Part shown: positions 24,673-36,185 of the stretch, one piece after another
Layout: the number at the start of each line of letters is the position of its first letter
Numbering within the stretch: position 1 is the first letter of the stretch
Assembly (NCBI RefSeq): GCF_001194135.2
Contig: NC_068985.1
Span: 95,814,330-95,878,329, forward strand
Reading direction: 5' to 3'
From: Octopus bimaculoides
Lineage: Eukaryota
DNA length: 64,000 nt
Made by a program: the position numbers and the translations under genes
The notes under the pieces: model-generated
Seen by the model: only the letters and a program-made list of their open reading frames with translations
What the model was told of the DNA's origin: nothing
Database searches by the model: none

Positions 24673-24975
24673 GAATATGTGTGTGTGTGAATGAGTGTCT
24701 GTTGCTGTCTGCTTGACTGTGTGATAGTTGTAAACAAGTGTTACAACAAAGCAAGCAATGTACTTTGTTTCTTGTTTTCCATGAAAACACGTCTAGTCCT
24801 TTATTTGGAAGCAACAATGGAAATGTGAACATTTAAATACTGATGATGAGAATTGTCAATTTTAAAAACCTCCAGAGGTCTCTCTCTTTCGCCATTGCCT
24901 CTGCATCTTCACAGTATCTTTACAAAACTCCTTTCAGGCTATAAATTCATCAAATAACAAACCATTAAAACTTAC

Positions 24976-24990
24976 AACTGCGCCTGACCT
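24976..24990 (-). other. Candidate 15-nt microexon AGGTCAGGCGCAGTT
   Basis: Preceded by tcttctcttatcctttcgttttctag and followed by gtaagt. Length is a multiple of 3 and no frame contains a stop. Confidence 0.4.
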
Positions 24991-25745
24991 CTAGAAAACG
25001 AAAGGATAAGAGAAGACAGATGATGATTACCACAGTCAAGAGTATCATATGTCGTAATTCATTTAAGATTAACTTGCCTAACAGAACACTTCAGATGCCG
25101 GCATATCAATAGCATTTATGTTTAGATTGATGCGTTAGATGGAATGAATTATAAACAAAAGTATTTAATGCCATGATGAACATCATTTAATGTTTACTTT
25201 CCAAATGTTTGCATGGATCGGACAGAATTGAGGCAGATTTTTTCAAGATTATTTACAACCAGACGCACTTCATGTCACCAACATTTATTTATTTATGTTT
25301 TTCAGGGAAGGGTTTATTCCTGCAGGAATTCAGAAATGTGAAGTTAATGGACAATTTGTTGACAAGAAATATCAACAAGGTCCACCAGCTGCAGCCCAAT
25401 CCTTGTTTGTGGCAGAGTTGCAGATGTTGATGTTACACATACGCACAGCTAAGCATAGTTTGGTAAACATCCACTTATCCACACGTGCACACACCATGCA
25501 TGCATGCACGCGCGCACCCACACACTTTCATATGCACACACAATGGACTTCTTTCAGTTTTCATCTTACAAGTTCTCTGAAAAGGCATTGGTCGGTGCAG
25601 GCCTTATAGTTGAAGACACTAACCCAAAATGCCGCAAACTGAAGATGCATGGTTCAAGAAAAGAACACTTAACATCCAAGCCTACATAAATATGTAATTC
25701 AGGAGATCAATGAGTATTGAGATATGGAAATTAACAAAAGCAGTC

Positions 25746-25838
25746 ACTCTCTCTAGATCTGATGAAGTAAACTGCTGATGAGTTGGCAATGACCAGGTGA
25801 AACTCAAGTTATTCTTCTTTTCATTCTATAGAGAGAGT
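25746..25838 (+). ncRNA. Decayed hammerhead-like motif within a 10-bp inverted repeat
   Basis: CTGATGA (25775-81), G-TTGG-caatga-CCAG, GAAA (25799-802), then ACTCAAGT, which is one CpG-type change from the palindrome ACTCGAGT. Flanked by ACTCTCTCTA/TAGAGAGAGT. Confidence 0.4.
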
Positions 25839-27510
25839 CATAGAGTTTAACTACAGAATCTATTTACACAAGGCAAAGCATATGTTAATTCTATGTTCAC
25901 ATGTAAATTGATTAACAAACTTACCCAAAGCAACTTAACATTATGAAAGAGGTTAATTACAAGAAAGAAAACAACCCATATTAATAGACGTTAGGAAACT
26001 AATCTCTATAAATCTATTCACACCAATATGCAAATAAATAAAAAATAACAAGCTATTTTATATTTAACTGACAGTATCTTAATTACAATCTCTAATCTAT
26101 AATCGACAGTTCTTTGATCTTTGCAAAGAATGCCATTCCAATGTATTGTATTTCCCAACTCATTTACTAGTCTGGCTCATCAATACGGCCAAAGTATGTA
26201 GATAAATAGCTTAGTGATCTTTACGAAATTGTAAGAGAGACAATGTATAAACCACATTATTTAATCTCCATGCACCATGCTGGTGTGGGTGGGATGATTT
26301 ATCAGGATCTCACAGGTCTGCTAAATGCATCATGTTCCAGTATCTGCTTATGTATGGTTTCTACAGCTGGATACTTTTTTTCCTAATGCCAACCACATTA
26401 CAGGTTGTATTGAGTGCTTTTTTTAAGGTTTATTATTTATTTATTTTTGTGCCATGAGCACCAGTGAGGTCACCATGTAGCTTGCAACACTGCAAACCCA
26501 GAGGGGGGTAGCTTTATGATAGAAAATGAAGAAGGTCAAAGTATGTGATAAGGGACTAACAGAAGGGGGCTTCTAGCTGGAGAGGAACTATACAACTATA
26601 CATATTTTAGAAGAGAGGGTGGGAGTGACCAGACAGGGGTGGAAAGAGAGGAGGAGGAGTGGACTCTTAAGGTATGAAGTGTGTAGCAGTGAGNNNNNNN
26701 NNNNNNNNNNNNNNNNNNNNNNNNNNNNNNNNNNNNNNNNNNNNNNNNNNNNNNNNNNNNNNNNNNNNNNNNNNNNNNNNNNNNNNNNNNNNNNNNNNNN
26801 NNNNNNNNNNNNNNNNNNNNNNNNNNNNNNNNNNNNNNNNNNNNNNNNNNNNNNNNNNNNNNNNNNNNNNNNNNNNNNNNNNNNNNNNNNNNNNNNNNNN
26901 NNNNNNNNNNNNNNNNNNNNNNNNNNNNNNNNNNNNNNNNNNNNNNNNNNNNNNNNNNNNNNNNNNNNNNNNNNNNNNNNNNNNNNNNNNNNNNNNNNNN
27001 NNNNNNNNNNNNNNNNNNNNNNNNNNNNNNNNNNNNNNNNNNNNNNNNNNNNNNNNNNNNNNNNNNNNNNNNNNNNNNNNNNNNNNNNNNNNNNNNNNNN
27101 NNNNNNNNNNNNNNNNNNNNNNNNNNNNNNNNNNNNNNNNNNNNNNNNNNNNNNNNNNNNNNNNNNNNNNNNNNNNNNNNNNNNNNNNNNNNNNNNNNNN
27201 NNNNNNNNNNNNNNNNNNNNNNNNNNNNNNNNNNNNNNNNNNNNNNNNNNNNNNNNNNNNNNNNNNNNNNNNNNNNNNNNNNNNNNNNNNNNNNNNNNNN
27301 NNNNNNNNNNNNNNNNNNNNNNNNNNNNNTTAGAAATGTCTAAAACAATAATGGTAGGTTAGGATGCCATTGAGGAAATCTGGTAGAGTAATTTCATACT
27401 AAAAATACTTGTGTACTTAATTTTGATGATGTTACATTCCTGTTTACTTACAGCCAACACCCATGGCATCATCTGTTATTTTTCCAGTAGAAGGGAACAT
27501 GTGACTGTGA

Positions 27511-27512
<2 letters not shown>

Positions 27513-27560
<48 letters not shown>
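27513..27560 (+). repeat. (TG)n microsatellite (others include 10237-10258, 24620-24670, 29594-29639, 32374-32444, 32978-33022)
   Basis: Directly visible. Confidence 0.95.
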
Positions 27561-27562
<2 letters not shown>

Positions 27563-28299
27563 TGGGAAAGGGAGGTAACCTGCAAGTCAAGGCAGTCAAA
27601 ACATCTCAAACAACTGCAAGCAGCAGTTTGTAATTACTAAAATAAACCAAATATAATAGAATGAAAACTATGTTTCTGCTACCAGGAATATAGTGTTTGG
27701 AACATTGTAGGTGGCAAGAAATTTGTAATCAATACAAACCAAATAAAACAAAATCAATAAGTTCAATGGTATTGAAAAGCTATTGATTCATTCAACAACT
27801 AGAACCAGTTTCAAACTCTAGCCAAATCCCAATTTAGCTTTAAGCTGAAAAAAACTAATTACTTCTTAAAATCTACTTCACACAAATAGCCAGCATACAA
27901 AACAATAATTAAAGGAACTGGGAAATACCATTGGGTATTTATTTATAGAATTAGCAAGGAAACTGCTAAAATTTTATTTAAGAAATTTTTGCAAGTATAG
28001 ATGACTGTGTGGTTAAGAAGCTTGCTTTGCAACCAGCAGTTTTGGGTTCAGATCTACTGCATGGCACCTAGAGCAAGTGTCTTCTACTATAGCCCTGAGC
28101 TGACTAATGCCTTAGGAATGAATTTAGTAGATGGAAACAGTATGGAAGCACATGTGTATGTGGTGTGGGGTGCACTTATGTCTTCATGTTTGCCTCACTA
28201 TTTGACAACCAGTGTTGGTTTGTTTACATTTGATAACTTAGCAGTTCAGCAAAAAGGGGTAATAGAATAAGTGCCAGACTTTAGAAATAAAAAGAAAGA

Positions 28300-28757
28300 G
28301 GTTAAGACTCTGCTGCCTAGAACGAAGGCAGGAAAGATCTTAGAAGGATCTGGAAAATCCTGGAAAGATTTGTAACAAACTTGGTCGTAGAAAATTACAC
28401 AACCAATAGTACAGGACGTCAGTGCCTAATGACAAAGATCCCAACATCACCATCAAGGTACAGGACCAGATACTGCAACAGCTTTAGTTTCAAGGGCCCA
28501 CAGCTCTTCAAGATCCTCCCCAAAAAAGCCTGAGACACCTGCATGAGATGGATGTAGGTGTCTTCAGGACAAAATCTGTCAAGAGTTCCAGATGAGCCGA
28601 TCTCATGGCAGAACACAGAGATGAGGACAGCAGCATCAAACTCCCTCATTTACGAAATACCACATATCAGAGGAGGCTTCAAATAATGAACGTGTAGCAA
28701 AAGTAATGGCAGTGCCCCAGCATGGCCACAGTTCTCAAACTGAAACTGGTTAAAGAG
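28300..28757 (+). mobile_element. CR1-clade LINE 3' remnant (ORF2 C-terminus plus 3' tail)
   Basis: LRLCCLERRQER..WKILERFVTNFG / NSTGRQCLMTKIPTSPSRYRTRYCNSFSFKGPQLFKILP / VPDEP..MRTAASNSL, a CR1/L2-group C-terminal pattern. Confidence 0.8.
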
Positions 28758-28917
28758 TTACAGAGAGGGTTGATTTGTTCAAATTAAACTCAAGGTGGTG
28801 CCCCAGTATGGCCAATGATACAAAATGAAAAAAATAATGCTATCAACCATTGAACTGGATGGGGAAGTTGTTCATAGAAAGCTGCCATGCAAAACTAGAC
28901 TGTCGGTAAAAACTCAC

Positions 28918-29024
28918 CTGGAAAGAGTTGTGACCTACAAATATTGAATTCACCTTACCAATAACTGATCGTCGTTACCGAAAGTCAACAACATTTCAAC
29001 TTACCTAAAAAAGAAAGAAAAAAT
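28918..29024 (-). promoter_or_regulatory. Candidate recursive splice site (ratchet point) with 87-nt RS/poison exon 28918-29004
   Basis: Minus strand gtattttttctttcttttttag|GTAAGT, then a second donor CCAG|GTGAGT 87 nt downstream. All three frames contain a stop codon. Confidence 0.5.
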
Positions 29025-29090
29025 ACTATGAATGTTGTTGGAATTTTAAATCAAAGGATTTATATAAACATAACAATCAATTTGTAAGTA

Positions 29091-29546
29091 AAGTTCTGGC
29101 CAAAAGTCACCTGACAGTAAATTAAAACCCATTTAATTCCAAGAATAAAACAAAAAGTTATTTTATGAGACTTTGCTAATAAATAGACAAAAAAGACAAA
29201 AAAAAAACGGTAATTTTAACTCACAAAATTCAATTATTAAACATTCATAATTGGAATGAATAAATAAAATTGAATATTAAGTTCAAATTACGACAAACGT
29301 AAATAAACAAATGAAGTTTGCTTTTAGAAGCGTTGAGATGTCTTTAGAAAGTTAAACGATTTTTTAAAATTCTCAATCTGTCCACAGCTAGCCACCTACA
29401 CTTTTCTCTGCAAAATAGGGTTAGTTTATCCTGTTCAGGCTATATTATTAGCATTATTCTGCGATTGAGAATTTATTAAAAAATCATTGAATATTTAGTA
29501 TTTATGGAATTTTGACCTACTGTCAGGTGACTTTTGGCCAACACTG
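29091..29546. mobile_element. Tc1-like MITE (456 bp)
   Basis: TA flanks at 29089-90 and 29547-48. TIR core tggccaaaagtcacctgacagta is perfectly inverted, and resembles the Tc1 terminus CAGTGCTGGCCAAAA. Confidence 0.85.
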
Positions 29547-29590
29547 TATATATAAGTATGGTACAAGAAAAAACCCCATTAAGATGAAGT

Positions 29591-29642
<52 letters not shown>

Positions 29643-30344
29643 ATATCTATAATGCTATTGTCACTTGAAATCTAAACTTATCTTAACACCTCTAGAAATT
29701 AGCATTATTCATCCAAGGCCTTGTAATAATGCCAAACAGAAGCAGATTAAGAAGAGAAAGAAAGAGAGCAGAAACTGACTCACATAATGAGCAAGAGAAG
29801 ACAAAAGGAAAAACGAGAGATGAAACAATGGCTGTACTCATCTGAGAAGTACTTGAAAATACCAAGTCATCCTTTAATTAATGGCAGTAAGAATAAATAA
29901 ACCAGTGGAACATTCAGGTTGGAAAAGAACTGTGCAAATGCCAAAAAGTTAAAAAGTAAAAAAAAAAAAGTAAAAATATGTAAATAAATAAACAGATGCA
30001 GATGTGGGAAGAAGCTTGCTTCTCAATCACATGATTCCAGGTTCAGTCCCACTGCAGGACACCTTGGGCAAGTGTCTTCTATTATAGCCCTGGGTTGACC
30101 AAAGCCTTGTGAGTGGATTTGGTAGATGGAAATTGAAAGAAGCCCATCGTGTGTGTGTGTGTGTACCCTACATACACCATGGTTGTGTGGTAGGAAGCTT
30201 GTTTCTCAACCACATGGTTCTGGGTTCAGTCCCACTGCGGGACACCTTGGGCAAGTGTCTTCTACTATAGCCCTGGGTTGACCAAAGCCTTGTGAGTGGA
30301 TTTGGTAGATGAAAACTGAAAGAAGCCTGTTGCATGTTTGTATG

Positions 30345-30515
30345 CATATAGTCGTGTCAACTGCAACAGTCCCCCAGTGCCCAAGCTGCAGCCAAACCTT
30401 CAAGAGCGCACATTGGACTGATTGGCTCCAAGATAGACGCAACCTACCCGCTTTTCTTCTCCCATGTGATATCCTTGGTTATCGTCAACAATGAAGGACA
30501 AACTGATATGATTGT
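30345..30515 (+). mobile_element. RTE-clade LINE 3' remnant
   Basis: CPSCSQTF / FRAHIGLIG (frameshifted C-terminal zinc-finger-like motif typical of RTE), followed by a short 3' UTR gtcaacaatgaaggacaaac. Confidence 0.7.
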
Positions 30516-30641
30516 GTGTGTGTGTGTGTGTGTGTATGTATCATTGTGTATGTGTTTGTTCCCACACCCCTGCTTCACAACCAGCTTTGGTTTGTTTATA
30601 TCCCCCATAACCTAATGGTTTAACAAAAGAGACCGATAGAA

Positions 30642-30816
30642 CAGTGCTCCACAACTGGTATGCCATGGCACACTGGTGTGCCACGAGATGATGCTCATAA
30701 CCTGAATATAACTTTTTTTTCCCTATACCTTTAATTATACTCTTAGCTCAAGTGTGCCACCAAATTTTGAGAAGAATTTAAGTTCAATGCAAGTGAAAAA
30801 ATGTCACAGCGCACTG
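30642..30816. mobile_element. hAT (Charlie-like) MITE inserted in a SINE
   Basis: CAGTGC...GCACTG termini and an 8-bp TSD cgatagaa/caatagaa that reconstitutes the SINE motif gaccgatagaataag. Confidence 0.8.
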
Positions 30817-32367
30817 CAATAGAATAAGCACCAGGCTTTAAAAAAAATAATAAAAAGTACTGGGGGTTGATTTGTTTCGTTAAAAGTCATTTAAGGTGGT
30901 GCCCCAGCTTGGCCACAATCCAATGACTGAAACGAATAAAAGATAAAGGATAAAAGATGAAAATGAATAAAAGAGATTTTCTGCAGAAACTAAAATTTTC
31001 TGTAAATGACATGTTTCTTTGAAAGAAATGAAAAGAAAAGGAAGACAATACAAAATTCTTTGTGTGAAGAAGACATCATCAATAGTGCCATGTTGGTAAA
31101 CTGCAGATATTCAGAAGCAGAAAGAGAGGGGGGGAAGAGCGGGTGGATGGTGGAGGTGAGATTTTTGTCTGGTTTGTGTTGGCAGCTGGAAGTTGGTTGG
31201 ACGCTGCTATAAAAGAGCTTAATTCTACCATCAAAAGATAAAGGCAAGTAAGGAGACATTAAGCAAAAGAGATCCCAGTAGATTCAGCTTTCTTTAATCT
31301 CTACATTCATATCAGTTAAGAGATAAGATTCGTTTTTTTTCCTTCTTACATTTTAGACGCAGTTTTCAGAATTGCATCACAGCCAATCTACAACTTGAGG
31401 GAGAGTGTGAGGGGAAAGAGCTAGAGAGAGAGAGAGAGGAGCTAGTGAGCAAGGGAGTGAAAGACAGAGAAAAAGAGAGAGTGAAAGAGCCAAGAGGGAG
31501 AGAGAGAAATTTCTGTATGTTTTGTTAGAAAATTATAATAAAACCTCTTCATATACAAACTTCCACACATCGTTCTCTCCTGCTCCTCCTCTCTCCCCTA
31601 ATTAATATCCATCACACAACTATTAATTAGGACTTATTTGATTAGGACAATTTTCATTGCTTTACCTCCAAGACAAATTTATTGCTCTTTCCTATGATAC
31701 TTTCAGCTTTCTCATTGCTAAATCTGAATTGCAGGTTTCTAATTGTCAATTCTTCTCTGTCTGTCTCTCTCTCTCCACACACACACACACACACACATAA
31801 TGCAAATAGGGATTTTAAATGTATGTAGTTAATGTTTTGTGTTGCTACAATTGGACACCAGAGTTGTGCACCACGGCTATGTTTTTGCTGTCATCCTCTG
31901 TGTGTGCATGTGTGTGCACGTGCACGAGATTCGAGTATGTGGGTGTGAAAAGCTTTCACTAATCCTCAACAAGTACCCTGATAGAATCCAGATTTGGCTA
32001 ACCACATCGAATGATAGAAAACATTTAGAATTATTTAGAATAAACAAACTGTACCACATCTGATTTGCAAGTCCCGAGTTCACTTCAACGGATTTCATGA
32101 AGAATACAGAGTATATTGAGGCACCGGATTTTAGTATACATTACAGAGTATATTATCAAGACAGAATAATTGTGAATGGAGATTTATACATCTTTAAAAT
32201 TTATTTATTAAAAAACATCTTCTTCATATTTCATTCTGACATGTGTGTCTGCGGATCTGTGTGTCTTAGAATATTTATTCAGCAGAAACACATCAGGATA
32301 AAATATGAAGTAAATGTTTTTTTATTACATAAATGTTGAAGATGTGTAACTCTGATGTCTTTGTCTT

Positions 32368-32448
<81 letters not shown>

Positions 32449-32460
32449 TATATACACATA

Positions 32461-32620
32461 CAGGGTGCGGTGAATAAACTGTCATCTAAATTACGCAAAA
32501 AATGAAAATAACAATGACGTCTCATTTTTTACAGATATATTGACCAAAATGACATAAAAATATCTTGAAATACTAAAGAGTAAATTTATTCAATAAAATC
32601 GCCATTGGCTTCAACCACGG
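32461..32620 (+). mobile_element. Tc1/mariner left-end fragment
   Basis: TA|CAGGGTGCGGTGAATAAA terminus. Confidence 0.55.
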
Positions 32621-32975
32621 TTAAGGGTATTAAATTCATTCCTTCTCAATTACAACAATACATTGTTCAGCCACATCAGGAATATAAATTAGTGTTTCAT
32701 TATACACTCAATGATAGATATTTTGAAGCGGTTTTACGGGAATAAAAGTATGGCTCTGTGGATATAAATACAATCCTGTGACAGTGACTGGAATGCAGTA
32801 ATCATAAATTACATTATACAAGTATGATATTTCAATTTTTTTTTTCCTCTTGTTTATATTTGGGTAAAGAGAATTGATATACAGGATGTAAAACTCATAT
32901 TTCTGGTAATGATATTCTGCGTTTCTGCAATTAGACACCAGAGTTGTGTACCACGGCTATGTTTTTGCTGTCATC

Positions 32976-33025
<50 letters not shown>

Positions 33026-33674
33026 ATGCATGTGCACGAGATTCGAGTATGTGGTTGTAAAAAGCTTTCACTAATCCTCAACAAGTACTTATATACTGAC
33101 ACTGGTATAATCCCAAGTCAAAATAGTCTGACGTCGTAACTGGGCTTAAAATTGAAAAACAAGAAGCTCTATTTTACAGCTATACTAGAGAGAAGAAAGC
33201 AAAAAAAGAGATAAAGAGGATGGGAAAAGCAACCAGAGAACAAAAGTGAGAGAGAAACAAAGTGCTATCCATTTACATATTTAAATGGATTCATATTTAG
33301 TCCGAGATCAACTTGTAGCAGAGCTACAATAGAAAAGGGTGCAGTCATAACGATTCCATCTTGCTTTCAAACAATATATTTTTCACAACTAAATTATCCA
33401 ATATAACTTTCCAATTTTTTTCCTTATAAAATTTTAAGATATGAAAGAAATTTAACTGCAATTTCTAGACAGATTTCATGACAGGCTAATTTTTCCATAA
33501 GCCAATTCAGGAAAACGATCAGTGCCTGCTGACATTCTTGGAGGAAAATTACGGCAAATTAGAGTCACGTATTTCTAGAAACACTATGCTGATATCTGTG
33601 GAGGCATGTGGATTAGCCAGTGGCACTTCCGACTCCTCTTTATGTAATCAAGTGATTGTGGTCTACATATCCCA

Positions 33675-34065
33675 CAGTCATTTTGACTGTGGCCATGCTG
33701 AAGCAGTGTTTAGTCGAGCAAATTGACCCCAGTACTTATTCTTTGTAAGTCTAGTACTTATTCTATCAGTCCCTTTTGCCGAACCGCTAAGTTACGGGGG
33801 ACCTAAACACACCAGCATCGGTTGTCAAGCGATGGTGGGGGGACAAACACAGACACACAAACATATACACATACATACATATACACATATATATATATAT
33901 ACATATATATATACGACGGGCTTCTTTCAGTTTCTGTCTACCAAATCCACTCACAAGGCTTTGGTCGGCCTGAGGCTATAGTAGAAGACACTTGCCCAAG
34001 GTGCCACGCAGTGGGACTGAACCTGGAACCATGTGGTTGGTAGGTAAACTACTTACCACACAACC
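33675..34065 (-). mobile_element. Family A SINE, near full length (further A copies at about 27990-28290 +, 38690-39000 -, 41595-41945 +, 42803-43010 +, 55720-55870 -, 56045-56400 +, 57965-58335 -, 59491-59810 +, 60320-60415 +, 62115-62255 +, 62881-63231 -)
   Basis: Collinear with the reference copy. Confidence 0.85.
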
Positions 34066-35271
34066 TAGCTTACCAAAAAAAAAAAAAAAAAACAGCCATA
34101 AAACATCTCAAAGATTATATGTATAAACAGAAAAGGCAGATAAAAAGTAAGGCAAGAGCATACAATAAATGAATGATGTAGCCTTATCTTAACAGCTGTT
34201 TCGAATAAACACTGACTGGTGCCATAACTATGTATGTAATGACATTTATTATATGTATATAACACAACATGTATGTATATTGTAAAAGAGTTAGTGTTAG
34301 GATGGACATCTAATCTAATCACTGAAACCAAAATTGAAACAAGTAAGATGAGGACATTCCCACCACCCTGGGCCCATCTAGGTGAGCTGTATCCACCAAA
34401 TATGTGCTGATTGATGAATGACCTGTTCAACTCATACTAAAATGGAAAGCTGATGCAAAGTGGTGGTGATGGGAGTGCCAATGGTGATGATGGGAATGAT
34501 GATGATGATGACGATGATATATTACCACCATTCTTAATGTCATTTTATTCATTTAGTGTTTTGATTAGCAGTATGAAAGAAGAAATTGGCTTATTTTAAT
34601 GTGTTGTATGATCTGAAATAACAAAATAAGTTGCTGAATTTCTCATTAAGTAAATTATTTTATATCAACAAAATGAAAGGCTAGATATTTTAACTATATA
34701 AACATAATGTGTTATTAAGTAAACGAGCAGCGAAAATTGGTTAAATAAAACATAGAATAGAAATGAGTTAGTCACTGCCTCTCAGTTGAAAGTAATAAGT
34801 CCCAGCTGAAATGAATGAGAAGTTAGATGCCTGGTCTCTGATAAGTAGAGAAGCAGATTCCTTGTACCAAATTATTTTTGAGGATTTCATGAGGATCTTT
34901 AAAATATTTTTATTTGAAAAAAGAAAATTTTAACCTTCTTGCTACCAACCAACCTAAAGCTGCCCAACTGGTTCTAAGACACAAACTTCTTATTTTAAAG
35001 TGACATAAATTAATACTGGCCATCAAAATTTCATGCTCATTTATGTTCTAAACACTAGCTGAATAAATTAATGACAAAGGTATTATATTAAATTCATCAT
35101 TATTTTCAGTATTAATTAAAACAAAATCGGTGTATTTCAGCAGAAATATATTAACGAATGGCTCATTTAGGTTCCAAATAACAGCTTAATAAAATAATCA
35201 GAAAGGTATTTTACTTAATTCATAATTATTTTCAAGATTAACTGACAAAGTCAGTGTTTTGGTTTTTTTTC

Positions 35272-35485
35272 TTTTCTACTCTAGGCACAACACCTGAAAT
35301 TTTTGGGAAGGGGGCCCAGTAGATTAGATCAACCCCATTATGCAACTGGTACTTAATTAATCAACCCTGAAAGGATGAAAGGCAAAGTCGACCTCAGCAG
35401 AACTTGAACTTAGAACGTAGCAGCAGAGGAAATACCGCTAAGCATTTTGCCCAGTGTGCTAATGTTTCTGCCAGCTTGCTGCCTT
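35272..35485 (-). mobile_element. Family B SINE
   Basis: Full family B consensus. Confidence 0.85.
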
Positions 35486-35542
35486 AAATTCAGTGTATTT
35501 TACCTGAAGTATGGTAATGGTAACAAAAATAGTGAAAACCTA

Positions 35543-35640
35543 AATGCATTAGACACATACTTGAATGCATTAGACGTACACTTGGATGCATTAGACGCAT
35601 TAGACGCACACTTGGACGCATTAGACACATACTTAGACAG
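35543..35640 (+). repeat. Minisatellite, ~21-bp unit cttggatgcattagacacaca with one 9-bp subunit
   Basis: About 4.5 units visible. Confidence 0.85.
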
Positions 35641-35790
35641 ACACACACATTTTATAATTTTTTTAGTACCTCCTTCAACCACCATTTGTTACCAAAATAG
35701 TGACAAATTGAATCCAAAGAGTAATGACCTGTAATCTCCATAACCCAAACAATATCACTGAGAAATGTTGAACACATTTTAGCTCTAATA

Positions 35791-35870
35791 CAGGGGTCTC
35801 CAAAGTGGTCGATATCGACCCCCGGGAGTCGATGGGACTATTCAAGGGGTTGATAAATGCCTGGAAACTG
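35791..35870 (+). mobile_element. hAT-like left terminus (similar termini at 50935 and 63397)
   Basis: CAGGGGTCTCCAAAGTG; also CAGCAGTTCCCAGACTTT and (T)AGTGTTTTTCAACCTTTT. Confidence 0.5.
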
Positions 35871-36185
35871 CACGTCATTTGCTACCAGTTATTGACTTGC
35901 TAAGGGGTAGTAGCAGACTCCATAATATTGTTTCCAGATATTGAACACCGTTTTGCGGTACACATTCAACTGCTTTGTTAAGTCCTTGTTGCTCATTCCA
36001 GTTGCAATCTGGTCGCATTTTGCTTTCAATATCATGTTTGTTTACAAACCTGTTATAGATGAACAAAGCAATAGACACATGAACTAAAGACATATGCGAA
36101 TCTTTATGTAAAATGTAGATAATATTACTTGAACTGATATTTAGGAAGAGTTTTCAACATGGAAAAATCTTTCTGGGACACCCTG
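35870..36185 (-). mobile_element. Tc1/mariner 5' fragment with transposase N-terminal HTH remnant
   Basis: TA|CAGGGTGTCCCAGAA terminus at 36185. Translation KAKCDQIATGMSNKDLTKQLNVYRKTVFNIWKQY. Confidence 0.7.

Larger units (their letters stand above)
30000..30950 (+). mobile_element. Two tandem family A 5' halves; the second copy (30178-30950) carries nested insertions
   Basis: Heads at about 30000 and 30178; the tail resumes at 30817. Confidence 0.8.

Noticed and set aside
33100-33225. Very long minus-strand pyrimidine tract ending in TAG at 33185
   Set aside because: All frames stop within a few codons, there is no good donor, and it is not followed by GT.
35447-35734. ORF with a leucine-heptad LDA/LDT repeat
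   Set aside because: Generated by the 21-bp minisatellite.
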